Below are positions 1 through 12,207 of a DNA stretch of 64,000 bases, in pieces. This stretch comes from Pelomyxa schiedti (lineage: Eukaryota > Protista > Evosea). The position numbers and the translations under genes were made by a program. Every line of letters starts with the position of its first letter. The stretch's first letter is position 1. The DNA is taken from positions 1 through 64,000 of the forward strand of contig JAHLWZ010000004.1 in assembly GCA_020536535.1 (NCBI GenBank), given 5' to 3'. A model generated the notes under the pieces. That model did no database searches. It saw nothing but the letters and a program-made list of their open reading frames with translations, and had not been told where the DNA came from.

Positions 1-41
1 CACTGGATCCTGGGATATTGGTACTGCTTTGCGTTACGAAA

Positions 42-2857
42 GAGGTCGACGTGGGAACAGTGCAAGACATAGTAAGAGGAGGAGGAGCGGAGCACCAAGG
101 AGGCAAGGAGGAGGAGGGGGCGGCCAGCGGAAGCGCGGGGGCCGGGGCCGTGGGCGAGGGCGAGGGCGGGGAGGGTGGGTCTGCGGCCGCCGAGGGCGGC
201 GAAGGGGATCCGGCAGGGGAGAAGGACGAAGTGTCTGTATCTCGCAGCAGAAAGAGGAGCAGGAGCAGGAGTGGTAGTAGGCACAGAACCAAGAGCGGGA
301 GTAGAACCAGGAGCAAAAGTAAGAGCAAGAGCAAAAGCAAAAGCAAAAGCAAAAGCAAAAGCAAAAGCAAAAGCAAAAGCAAAAGCAAAAGCAAAAGCAA
401 AAGCAAAAGCAAAAGTAAAAGTAAAAGCAAGAGCAAGAGCAGGAGTAGGAGTAGGGGTAAGAGCAAGAGCAAGCATAGGAGCAAGAGCAGGAGCAAGAGC
501 AGAAGAAGGGGTGATAGTAGGAGCAGGCACAGAAGTAGGCATAGGAGCAGAAGCAGGGAGGACCGTACGAGATATTCTACAAGAGATAGAGGCCAAAGAA
601 GAAGTAGTAGGAGTAGAGGCAGAAGGAATGACAGAAGGGAGAGAAGTACATCGGGCACAAGGCACACGAGGAGGAGTACCAGCCGGAAGGGCGAGAATGA
701 AAACAGGAGTCCTAGCCCAGGACATGCACAAAAGAACAATGAAGATGTCATGTACTTGTCAAGGTAATTTAATAATGTCATTTGTGAAAGAAACTAATTG
801 TAAACATAAAGGGACGATGCTGCATTCATTGTTGGGACTGGTGGTAGTTGTAAGGCAAAAATAGAGCGTGTCTCTGGTGCTTCTTTGGATTTAGACCGCA
901 ATCTCAAGTTGATAATAAGGTTTTCCCAAGCAATCACCACAGCCCTCCCTCCCCTACAACACTCAGTTGGCAGTTTTCCAATTTCGTATTACAGAATTTA
1001 ATAAAACATCCTCTACATCAAAAAATCACTATAACCTCCACTTCGTCATCAATCGCGCCAAAAATCATCCACAACATGTTCCTTTTGCTCTGTTTCAGTA
1101 GATAAAGAAATCTGAAGTTTTTTGGCCCAAGGTATTTAAGAAAAATCAAAAAAAAGTAAAAGCACAACAACACAGCAGCTCAGGTATGCCACTTGGTAAT
1201 ACAGTACTTGGGCCTACTTCTTCTCAATGAATAACACAAACTAAACATGCGAATATCAAACAACAACTTGTCTTCATCCTCAGATCACTCTGTACTCACC
1301 TCTTACAGAGGAACGGCACTTCAGAGAAAGCGGGCGTGCAAATATGTAAAGCTTGTAAGTGATCAAAGAACTGGGCCTGTTCATTTGGATCCAGTAAAGC
1401 ACTTTGATGATGACCTCACATTAATTGAAGTTCCCGTGGAGTGTGTTGGTTATGTCACTGGTACATTCCAAAAATCATTACTCTAGGCTCATGTTTTTGC
1501 AGGAAAGAAAGGAGCAACCATGAGGAAAGTGGAAGAAGAATGGGATACTTTAATGTTTTTCATTAGTGACAGTGGGAAAGGGAAAAATGGGAAATGGGAA
1601 AAGCTGGCCATTTTTGGAGAGAAGAGAGGAAGGTTCGATTCGTATCTATTTCTTTTTACCCTAAATTGAAATATCAGGCGGGGTGCGGAACTGAAAGTAA
1701 TGTCTGCTGTTGAACAAAAGCTTCCAGGACACTATACATCCTCTATGGGTGACACCCAAACTGAGGATGAGTGGGGAACTGATACAGCACTGATCCCAGA
1801 AAGAGACATGTCATATGCTCTTGGAAAGCGTGGAGCAACAAGGTATAGGCAGTTTAATTAATATATCCAATTCACCCCTATCTCCAGGAAGAAACTTGCA
1901 AGAGCCTCAGGCTGCATCATGGAGTATGTTGGAACAGTAGCTTTTATGTCCGGCCACATAAATGAGCGCAAACGAGCCAGAGAGTATCTCCATTTGCTAA
2001 TGGAGCAAAGACTTGGCCCTGTTCATCTACACCATGCTCAAAAACGTGATGACTGTACCTTGGTCGATGTTCCCACACAATGCGTTGGTTATGTTACAGG
2101 GAGCAAGGTACATATTCTCTTCACAACCCGCACTGTTCTAACAGAAAATCCCCAGGGCAGGTCGCTGCGTGCCATAGAGCTCCGTACCGACACATTCTGC
2201 TTCATGGATGGCGGCAAAGACGGGCATGCCCAGAACCAAAGCACAGAAAGGTTACTGATACTCGGCTGCACATCCAGCGGGCGCGAGCGCGCCAAAGCCA
2301 TGGTTGAGGATATGATCAAGCTCAAAACCGCCAGAGACGGCCCGCGGGGACCCACGAGTACGAGCAGCAGCAGCACGACCTCGAGCAGCCGCGACCGCCC
2401 GCGCAGCCGCGAGCGCGAGCGCTCCCGCGTGCGCACCAGCAGCCATTCCCACGCGCACTCGCGGCACTCCCGCTCCCGCTCGCGGTCCCGCTCTCGCTCT
2501 CGCTCTCGTTCACGCCCTCATTCCCGCACTCACTCCCGCACCCGCTCTCGGTCCCGCTCCCACTCACCCTCGGCGTCGGCCTCCCATGCGCGCCGGCGCT
2601 CTCGCTCTCGCTCCCGCTCCCGCTCCCACTCGCACTCACACCCCCGTGCCCATTCACATTCCCGTTCCCCATCCCCTTCTCATCCAAGGTCCCGTGCGCA
2701 ATCACAGTCAGAATCACAATCTCACATTGCAGCAGCAGCAACCACAACAACATCCTCATCAACAACTGCCAGCAGCACTACCACCAAGCCAAGCCCAACG
2801 CAAGGCGAAGCAACTGCACCGCAAGCCAAGAGGCCTCGTGTGTCCACTGACACCTAG
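42..2857 (+). CDS. Multi-KH-domain RNA-binding protein with N- and C-terminal RS/SK-rich regions (5' partial, multi-exon)
   Basis: Spliced exons give repeated KH GxxG loops: AAFIVGTGGS, VGYVTG|KKGAT, SYALGKRGAT, VGYVTGSK|GRSLRAIE. RS tracts at ~240-700 and ~2380-2700. Confidence 0.85.
313..441 (+). repeat. (AGCAAA)n hexanucleotide coding microsatellite encoding (SK)n
   Basis: Perfect AGCAAA run at ~330-414, flanked by AGTAAA/AGCAAG variants. Confidence 0.95.
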
Positions 2858-2965
2858 TCACTGTTCTCGTAACCACACCACGTTTTCACTTTTTTTTTTC
2901 AAGTTGAACCTAAAAAACAAAGAAAACCGGCTATCCGTTTGTTGCGATTCACCCCTCTAGTCATC

Positions 2966-4462
2966 ATGTCAGGCGAAGATTACGAGGCTGAAACGGCAGA
3001 TGCAGACCAACTTCTTTTTGAGGCAATTGAGCAAGCAACATCAGCATCAACGGCGTCCTCATCCTCATCCTCTTCACTGCCATGCAGTACAAGTGCCATA
3101 GCCACAAACGCGACCAATACCACTAGCACTGCAGCTAGTGATTGTACTGGTAGTGCTGGTGGTAGTGTCACTGGCAGTGGGGGAGAGTGTGAAGTGCATG
3201 GGAGTACTAAGGTTGTGAGGGTGTCTGTTGGCGGTGTGGTTTATACAACAACATTGATGACATTGACTTCCGACCCTGAGTCCATGTTGGCTGCAATGTT
3301 TAGTGGAAGGTGAGTGGTTCTAGTTTATGAGTTACCCTTGTTGTGTAACGAACAAATAACATACACTGGCTCAGAAAAGCAGCAAATGTTGTTTATTAGA
3401 TATGCCTGTGAAACAAATTACTTTAATTAACATAATGTGAACACAAACCCCAACGCTGACCATAGATTTCGCACTCCAATGACTGATGATGGTTGTTTCT
3501 TCATTGATTATGAGGGATCTCGTTTTGGAGCAATCTTAAACTGGTTGCGGACAGGAGTCCTACACACACCTATTAAATCCTCTGGAATTACTGAGCCACT
3601 TCATTACCTTGATTTCCTGTTGCAAGATGCACGTTACTTCCAGATATCCAAACTTGTTGCTGCTATTGAAGCAACCATGGAGGAGCTCCGTGCAAATGCC
3701 CAAGCAGTTGCTCAACTTGATAGAAAAAGTAAGTTGACACAAAAAGAGGTAAAGCTTTAATTTCTAACCATACCACTCATACCTAAAGGTGATAAAAATT
3801 TTAAATTCCACAAGGCCAGTTCAACTGGCATCATGTGATATGTCTGGACTTGATCTTAGTGGTTTGTCTCCATTCATCATACACAATGTAATTTTTATTC
3901 TATTAACTACCCTTTATTTTGCCGCTCTGTTTTTCCAGTGTTTTAATTCCGCAAAGGTCTGGATTTTTCTTCAGCAAACTTGCAGTTTGCTAACTTCAGT
4001 GGTGCAACTCTACGGCATACAATATTTCAAAATGGGAAACTGCAGGGATGTGATTTTTCTGGAGCAAATTTGGAGGGAGCAAACCTGTCTAATTCCGATC
4101 TGTTAAACAGCAACTTCACACGTGCCAAGTAAGTAGGCTATCTCCGCTCCTATCCCATAATCAACAAGAGCTCAATACAATACACAAGTCTGCAACGAGC
4201 AGTGATGGTCAGCATCAATGCACCCCTCGCAGTGTTCCAATTTGCCGAGCTACAATACAGCAACTTTGAAAATGCCAACTTATCGGGAGCCAACATGACC
4301 AATGCCGATCTCAACAGCACAGAGTTGACTGGGGCCAAACTTCAAGGTAGTTAGTTTAGTTCCTTTTCACATACGTATGGAGATCTCGTAACTATGATCT
4401 CAAAAGGAGCATGCCTTCACGGTGTTTCACATGTACAAAGTGCCAGGGGACTTAGGCGATAA
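2966..4462 (+). CDS. KCTD9: BTB/POZ (T1-type) plus pentapeptide-repeat protein, KCTD9-like
   Basis: VRVSVGGVVYTTTLMTLTSDPESMLAAMFSGR|..FFIDYEGSRFGAILNWLRTG, followed by DLSGLDFSSANLQFANFSGA-type pentapeptide repeats across GT-AG introns. Confidence 0.85.
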
Positions 4463-4632
4463 TCCCAATTCCTTACCTGTCATATCGTAAATCTTGTAGA
4501 AATGAAAATAAATAAACACTTCTTTCGTAGGCATTTCCTTTTTCTTTGTTTCGTTCGCCTGCAGTTGCGTACCGTTAATTTGTTTAATTAATCACCCGGT
4601 ATCGATCTGAAGGACCGCGCAGCGTAAGAGCG

Positions 4633-6911
4633 ATGAGCGGATCTACGCCTCCCCCACAGATCTCTACGCCGTCATCTCCATTTGTTGCTATGCCGCAGGC
4701 GTCGCTGTCGCCATTTCCGTCGCTGTCACCATTCAGCGCAATTAAACCCGCTGCGACGTTCCTGACTCCGTCTGTTGCCCCTGTCACAACAATTGTGCAA
4801 GTGAAATTGGAAAACCCAGCTCCTGTGTCGCTTGGGGAGGCCGTCAATGTCAACATGAACAACTCGTTCACTCCTACCATGCCCAATGTGAAACCAATTT
4901 TGCCTCTTGGAGCTGTTAATGCCACCACAGCGACGTCGCTATCAGACTCTTCTGTGGCGGAGAGCGCTGGTTTGGACGAGGACGTCTCTGCGGCGACTAC
5001 GTCGACGAGTTGCAGCACAACAGCGACTACATGCACTACTACTACTTGCACATCTGAAGCCAGCAGGAAAGGGAAGAGACCACCTGCTGTACCTACGGAT
5101 TCTATCACATTTGAGGATTCTGATTTGAGTGAGGAAAATGATGAGGGTGAAGAGGTTGATGAAGATGTGAGAATATATTCCGACGAGGATACAGCAGTCG
5201 ACCCTCACAGCAAATTTCCCTTTCCAAAGGAGAAAGCTCACTTAAAAGAGGCTGCAACTGCCCCTTCGGACATCCCATTCCAGGTTTATACAAGTGTCTT
5301 AGTTTTTATTCATAGTGTAATGATAACTCATAGACCCTTGTTCTCGATATAGCGTTTCACCCTTCGACGAATTTAATTGCCAGCGCTTTAGTTTCTGGCA
5401 GTATAAAAATGTGGGTCTGTCTGTTTTCTCACACCATGAAAAAACTCAAATTCATAGACACCGTTACGCTATGGAGGAGAAGAATACCTTAGTTCTCTCC
5501 AAGCAGACACATAAAGACAGTTGCCGCACGATTTCCTTTGCTGAGGATGGAAAATGTATATAGTTTTTACTCTGTTTTCTCACATAATGGTGTACAATAA
5601 CATTGATAAACTTTCATTGAATAACAAGGCTTATCGTGTCAAAGATTTAATTAGTGGTTCTGCTGACTGCTCACTGCGGGTCACGGATGTATCTGCAGGA
5701 AAAACAGTTTTCTCAATCAAGGGTGCTCACAAGTAGTACCTCATTGCTCGTTGTTGTGACTAATTCCAAATCAGGCATGGTGTCAATACAATCCTTGTCG
5801 AGGAATCTATGCTAGCTAGTGGGGATGATGTCGGAAGAATAAAAGTTCTTTTCCAACTTGTACTCTCGTGAACTGATGGACTAAGATATGGGACATAAGG
5901 CAAAAATCCAATACATGTAGCTGGAAGAAGCATCATGACTACATCTCAACTTTTCTGTATCACTCTCAGTCCCAAGTTCTGCTTTCGGCCGGGTTTTTCT
6001 TATGTTGTAAACACACCCTTGTTAACACTTGATAGAGCCGATGGATGCCTGGGTGCTTGGGATTTACGGAAAGGGAAAGTTCAAGGATTTTCAGATAACT
6101 TTAGTGACGACATTTTGTCTCTTTCGTTTGGACTGGTAAGCTCCCTTTCAAGTATTTTTTTGTAACAAAGGCAAAGAACAAAGGCCGGGTGTTATGTGGC
6201 ACACAATCTGGTAAAGTTATCCAATTTAAATGGGGGCAGTGGGGCGCACCAGCCCAGATTGGTGGTGGTCACCCACAAGCTGTTGAGGACATTATTGAAG
6301 TTTCCGAGAATATGATATTTACTGGTTCAAGTGATGGTGTTGTTAGGTTAGTTTCTTTCCACTTTGACTCTTTCCAGGCTAAATTGTTTTTTTTAGAGTT
6401 GTGCAGGTGGAACCCTTTAAGTTACTTGGGATTGTCGGAACGAATGGTGCATTCCCTGCTGAACGGTTTCTGCTCTTTCTTAATGATGTGAAATCTCATT
6501 GCCTACAGATTAAGTGTATCATGGGACCAGCGATTCCTTGCATGTGCTGGCCAGTTGTCTCCAGTAAAATTTTGGGATGTCAACGACTTTTTCCACGATG
6601 TGCAAGACGATGACGATGACGAGGACAATGAGTCAGATGAGGAAGAAGAGGCAGAGGGAGATGAAGAAGCAGAAGAGGAGGATGAAGAAGAGGACAAAGC
6701 AGAAGGGGAGGATGTGGGAGAGGAACAGGATGGGGAAGAGGAAGCAGAGAACAAAGAAGGAGAAGAGGATGCTGAAGGTGAAGACAAGGAGGTCAGTGAC
6801 CATGATGAGTTTTTTGATAAAGAAGAAGATGAGGATGCACCTCTACCAAAATATAAAGGCCTCCCAGACTATAGGAAGTTGAGAAGAAGAAGGTTCTATG
6901 ATGGTTTGTAA
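4633..6911 (+). CDS. WDR55: WD40-repeat protein WDR55/JIP5-like with acidic C-terminal tail
   Basis: Spliced DIAFHPSTNLIASALVSG, HKDSCRTISFAEDG, LASGDDVGRIK|IWDIR, HHDYIS, FKWGQWG, FTGSSDGVVR, FPAER and VKFWDV. Ends in an acidic tail and RRFYDGL. Confidence 0.85.
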
Positions 6912-7155
6912 AGGATAAAAAAAAAAAAAAGACAAAAGACAGTAGAAAAAAGAAAATTTTTTCTCATTTGGTGTTTTTAGAATTTGAATAACAAACAAAC
7001 ATTGCAACATAGTATTTGCACCAAGAGTAGCTTCCGCACTCAAATATGTAGAGATGTAAGAGTTGTTTGATTTGCGTGCCAGTCAACTGGCCATCCACAC
7101 CCCGATTCGCTGTTGATTTTTTTGCATTTGACTTTGTCACCAGCATGGCGTCCCA

Positions 7156-8001
7156 CTAGAGCAGTGACACTTTGAGCCAGTAGACGGCGCAAACCAGCAG
7201 GAAGACCACAAACATGCCGCCGAACGCCAGGTATCTGTCGCCGGCGACGCGGTTCGCGAAGCGGTGCATCACCGAGGTGGTGGAGCCCAGCACGCCGCGC
7301 ATGCCCGTGAGCTTCCTGGTGGACCCCATCATGACGTCGTTCTGCCTCCTGACCTCCTCCTCGACGGCGCGCCCGGTCTCCTCGATGTCGGCCGCGATGG
7401 CCCTGCTGCTGGTGACGCTGCGGGACTCCTCGTACAGGTACCACTTGCGGGCGTGGCTCTTGGGGCCGCCGCCGCCGGAGGAGGAGGAGTCCCGCAGGAG
7501 CTGGTCCCGCTCCATGGCCCGCTGGCGCTTGGTCATCTCGCGCTCGAACGAGTCGCGCAGCGAGCGGCACTCCTCGCCTAGGTTGGCCACGCGCACGCGC
7601 CACGACTCGGGGCGCGGGATGCTGCAGGCGGGCGGGGAGGCGGGGGCTCCCGGGGCCGGCGGGGGAGCGGGGGCCGTGGCCTGCTGGAGCTCCCTCTGCA
7701 TTTGCGAGACGAGGGAGGCCAGGGCCTCGATGTCGGAGGATATCTTGTCGCCAGCGGTGGCTACGGCCGTGGTGCTGGCGTCCCCTGTTGCCCCCTTGTC
7801 ACCGTTTGTAGTTGGTGCTGCTGTTGTTGTTGTGTTGGTGGCTGTGGAACCCCCGGGCTGGTCTGGGGAGGTGTCTTCTGAAGACTGAGGGAGAGCCTCT
7901 AGCTCTGCTCTGATGTCGACGACGAGCTTTATTCCTTGTGTGTGCAGTGCCTTGAGACGATCGGCTGCCGACGACGTGGACGGAACAGTCACCCCTGACA
8001 T
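7156..8001 (-). CDS. GOSR2: Qb-SNARE, membrin/Bos1-like (intronless)
   Basis: SNARE motif EESRSVTSSRAIAADIEETG..RRQNDVMMG..RK..GVLG...VMHRFANRVAGDRYL followed by a C-terminal TM helix (AFGGMFVVFLLVCAVYW). Confidence 0.8.
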   Translation of the reverse strand: MSGVTVPSTSSAADRLKALHTQGIKLVVDIRAELEALPQSSEDTSPDQPGGSTATNTTTTAAPTTNGDKGATGDASTTAVATAGDKISSDIEALASLVSQMQRELQQATAPAPPPAPGAPASPPACSIPRPESWRVRVANLGEECRSLRDSFEREMTKRQRAMERDQLLRDSSSSGGGGPKSHARKWYLYEESRSVTSSRAIAADIEETGRAVEEEVRRQNDVMMGSTRKLTGMRGVLGSTTSVMHRFANRVAGDRYLAFGGMFVVFLLVCAVYWLKVSLL

Positions 8002-8209
8002 TTTTTTTCCTCTTTGTCTTGGTTCCGCAGTTACATACCTTTTGATCTGATCTGGACTGGAGTCTACAGCTGGCTACCTAAGCCAAGAACCACGAGAATC
8101 TGTTCCTACAGCATGTGTCTCAGGATGAAAGGGGATTTCGCTTGCGGGGCTATTAGCCCAGCAAGTAGCAACAGTTTTTCTAAACAACTAATTAGAACCA
8201 AGTAATGAG

Positions 8210-9938
8210 ATGGCCAAAGCCATCACCAACACAAATCACTTTCCCACCACCACAGCCACCACCACGAGCGTCGGGGGTCGTGTTCATGTCACGATAACTA
8301 CGTCGCCCCCGCCCTCCCACAATTGCGCCTCACCACCACCATCCACCACCCCAGCCTCACGCAGCGCCCCCGTCGTCATCCCAGTCAACCGCAGTGCGCC
8401 AATTTCGTCCCACAATGTCTCCGTGCCCGGGCCACCGAACATAAGCAGCAACATTGCGTCACCTACACCAACACCACCAACAACCACCATCACCACGACA
8501 GGCAGATCAGTTGGCGTGAGTGCCAGTGTTCACAATAACAATAGCAACAGCAATAACACCGTAACCATCACCAACAACGTCGTTGTCGTCAGCAGCGGCA
8601 ACAGGAATGCAACTGCAGCAACTGCACCAGGCGGGACACCGGTGTCCCCGGGCGTGGTGGTTGTGACGTCACCAACAGCGTGCAATGGTGGTCCAGCTTT
8701 GCCTTTGGCCGCAGTCTCGGCCTCAGCCTCAGCCTCAGGACTGAGACTGATCCCGGCGGCCGACGAGGGTATCATGAATTCGATACCCGCAGGCACCGAC
8801 GTAGATGTTTTGATTCCTGATGTCAGCACTACAAATACTACTACTCAAATCCCACAACCGCAAACACAACTACAAAGCACTACTACTACCACCACCACCA
8901 CAACAGCAACAACAGCAACAGCAACAACAACAACCAGTGGCAGCAATGATAGCAGTAACTCTGAAAAAGCACCACTTGGGGCAGCCACTATCTCGGGTCT
9001 TTACAGGGTTCAGGAGCCACAGGGGCCTCGTCCTGTTACTGGCGGGGATATAGTTCTGAACGAATTCGGGCTGAAACCTCTGCATAATGCTCTTGTCTCC
9101 AAAAAACCAATACGCTACAAATCCGAATACCTGCAGGATATTCCAAATAGTGAGCACGTTCGATTCAAGTCTGTGAACCCACAAGACAGTGCGTTGCCCT
9201 TTTCGAGTTGACCTCAAAAAAGCAACTCACCCTAATAAGCATTGTGGAGACTTGCCAATGATGCTCCTCCATCTGATGACGTCCACCCACTCAGTTTAAT
9301 GCTACTCACCCCAGAACAACTGTCATCATTTAGCCTGAAAGAAGGAGGAGTACCGGTATTAAACTTGCAAAATATTTTAAATAACTCAATTAATGACCTA
9401 TTATGTATTCCACTCTGAGACATTAACCAAATCGTACTAGGATCCTTTTTCTCACAGGAAAAGCCAGCACACCCGGCATGAACCAGCTCACATGCAAGGT
9501 ATGTGGTAAAATACAACCTTGCAGAATCTAACGAGTGCAACAGAATCAATTGTGGTTTCTCAAATACCTCACCTACCACAGCAGCAACAACAATTACAAC
9601 AAACCGTAGCACACACCACAGTTCCCATGCAAGCAGCAGATCCGCAAAAAGTTCATCAGCACAGGCACAGAAAGGTTACCTTACGCAACTGTTCTTCCTC
9701 CTACTAAACTTTCATTCAGAAATCTAAAATCTCTGCAGCCACTCTTCCACCACAACCGGTTTTACCAGTTAATCCTGCAGACCCACTCATGATTCAACCA
9801 CAATCTCCACACAGTATCAGTCTCCCAATTTCACCTGGCACAATGCCACAAATGCCTATTGTAACAGTGGTTAGTCAATCTCGCCCAACTCCCTCAGCAC
9901 AAAAACACTCACACAGAGCATCAAGTTCAAGGCATTGA
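8210..9938 (+). CDS. Hypothetical protein, T/S/P/N/Q low-complexity with a short ordered central segment
   Basis: 333-aa first exon, then plausible GT-AG introns joining LWRLANDAPPSDDVHPLSLMLL and a Pro-rich last exon ending HRASSSRH*. Confidence 0.6.
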
Positions 9939-9972
9939 GAAAAATAAACAGGAAAAATCTCACAACGAGAAT

Positions 9973-11113
9973 TTACAATTTCGATTTTAGTGAAATGGGC
10001 CTTGGTATTTGAGGGAAAATAATTTGCCAACCAGAAACCTCAGTACGGCACACGACAAAAAACGAGGCATTTTCTACCTTGATCTGAAAAACTGGTTAGT
10101 GTAGTCCACATAAGTGGTAAAAAACCTTCCAGGTGTCAGCAGGGTCCACATGAAGCAATTCTATGGAATTTTTCAGAAGCTCTAGGGAAAAATTGCAAAG
10201 TACCTCGCAAAAAACACTTGATTGCGAATCCATGTGACAGAACACACACATTGAAGAGGTCCTAGAAGGTACCGGTAAAGACGGTATGATATGGTTGGTG
10301 AAAGTTGTTTTCGACCTTTTTGGAAGCCTTCCACTGGGGAAGAAGCATGGCTTCAAAGAAGAGATTCATTCTTGCTTCAACTTCCCGTTGGGACTCTCCA
10401 TCTTGGGTTGTTCGGCTTTTTTGTTACAAGAATGTGGAAGTAAAAAGTTTTACCTTTTGGCTTGAAGTCCATAGGGTTCCTTCTATACTGCTCGAGAACT
10501 TCAGGGGTATAGCACTCATGCCGTCTCTTTCCAGCCCACTCACCTGATCATAGAGAGGCTCACTTTTCTCCAGGAAAAATCGTGAAGTATACCCTGGTCA
10601 AGTTCGTGCAGCAAGTCACAGTACACAATTTTTTCCGAGTTCATTCCCACTTCCTGCCATGTGCAGGGTTATACACAAACACAAGGGGCAAAAGAAAACC
10701 TGGCAGACTAGTTTTGCAGTATCCCTTGACAATCACATGCATTAGCAAAGGAATGAAGAACTCATCCCAAAGTACAATAAACAGAAAGTCCAACACCAAC
10801 ACTAGCAGCAAAAAACAAAAATGGGGGAACACAAAAAACAAAACAAACAAAACATACAGACAGACAGGGGAAGGAAAAGGAAATTTCACTTGGTTCTCAC
10901 AGCCGGGGAGCTCCATACCGCGTCAAAGTCGGCCAGGCCCTCCGCCACCAACTTGGCCGCGGCGGCCCTCGCCTGCGCCCTCCCACGGCCCGTCAGCGGC
11001 GAGCCGTCGCACCGCCCAGTGAGGACCAACCTGGTCCCGCCGTGCCGCACGTTGGAGTCGCTCTGGGCGTGCCTCATCACCACCACCCTCAGCACCCTGA
11101 GTGCCTTTGACAT
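9973..11113 (-). CDS. Histidine phosphatase (phosphoglycerate mutase family) with C-terminal PTS1 -SKL
   Basis: MRHAQS, LTGRGRAQA, WSSPAVRT, ELDQGEWAG, DGES, VLSHG and VENAS motifs. Last exon reads IKVENASFFVVCRTEVSGWQIIFPQIPRPISLKSKL*. Confidence 0.85.
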
Positions 11114-11289
11114 CTCTCTGAAATCCCAAGTTGTTTCTGTTTTTCTTTCTGGGAAAAAGTGTTTGATCAGATCACACACCAAGATAAAACACTTTTTTAA
11201 GGCACAGTTCTGTTCTCACCATGAATTGTGCTGTTATTCAGGGTTGTCAAAATGAGTATGGGCACCATGGTGCCTGCCTGCGTGGTATC

Positions 11290-12126
11290 TCATAAGTATG
11301 ATCCCGTGATACCCAGCATGTTGAGTAACTCTTGGGGCACATGGGCCAAGTCCTGGCAGATAAAGTGGGCTCCGGCGTCGCGGAGCTGAGCCTCTGTGAA
11401 GGTAGTGGTGAGCCCCAGCGCGATCATTCCAGCGGAGCGGGCGGCCCTGATCCCTGAGAGGGCGTCCTCTGCAACCACACATTTGCTGCATTCCACGCCG
11501 ATTCGCGAGGCCGCCAGTACAAAGCACGCCGGGTCCGGCTTCTTCTTAACCACGTCGCTGCCCGTCACCACCGCGTCGAAGTAGGAGCGGGGCACTGGAA
11601 GCTGGGCCAGGTTCCCTTCCACCTTCATAGAGTCGGCTGCAGAGGCCACGGCAGTGCGGATCCCGGATCGCTTCAGAGCAGTCACGAATTCGCCGACGCC
11701 AGGGAGGGCCTTGAGGTGCCCTTTGATGGATTCCAGGTAAATTCGATAGGTTTCGACCTAATGTAGTTAGTGTGATAAAATAGGCATCCAATAGTAGATA
11801 TCAGGCCGAATTCCGAACCTTATCATCAGGCAGAGTCACAGTTACGTTGTGTTTTTCCGCTGGGCCACCAATGAACCTGTCCTCGCCAGTTCCAACAAAA
11901 GGCATAAAGTCCTCGTCTGCAACCACAACGCCATATCGCTGAAGAAACATCGTTTGCGCAGCGCCTCGTATGAAGGGCTCGCTATCGACCTGAGGGGGTC
12001 CATGTGAGGATAAAATAGTGAACACTTTCGTAGTGCGGGGCATTGTTAGTTTGTTTCTGTTCCCAACCCACTCTCACCAACCAAGACACCATCCATGTCA
12101 AAAATGAACCCCCGCAGCCTTTCCAT
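11290..12126 (-). CDS. HAD-superfamily hydrolase (CbbY/beta-PGM-like)
   Basis: IFDMDGVL|VDSE (motif I), VASAA, KKKPDP, VAEDALSGIRAARSAG. Confidence 0.9.
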
Positions 12127-12207
12127 TGCCACACAGAAATCGTGTTGTGTGGTAATTAGTTCGTGCTCACAAATAATTTTATTTTGGCTTGATGGTGCTT
12201 GGTGATT

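Noticed and set aside
313-441. Tandem repeat as a telomeric or CRISPR-like array
   Set aside because: It is an in-frame coding hexamer, (SK)n, with no spacers.
7040-7888. Long overlapping and antisense ORFs over the SNARE gene (similar ones at 34139-34858, 41285-42708, 51762-52886 and 62654-63511)
   Set aside because: Expected shadow ORFs of GC3-rich or low-complexity coding sequence; no recognisable motifs.
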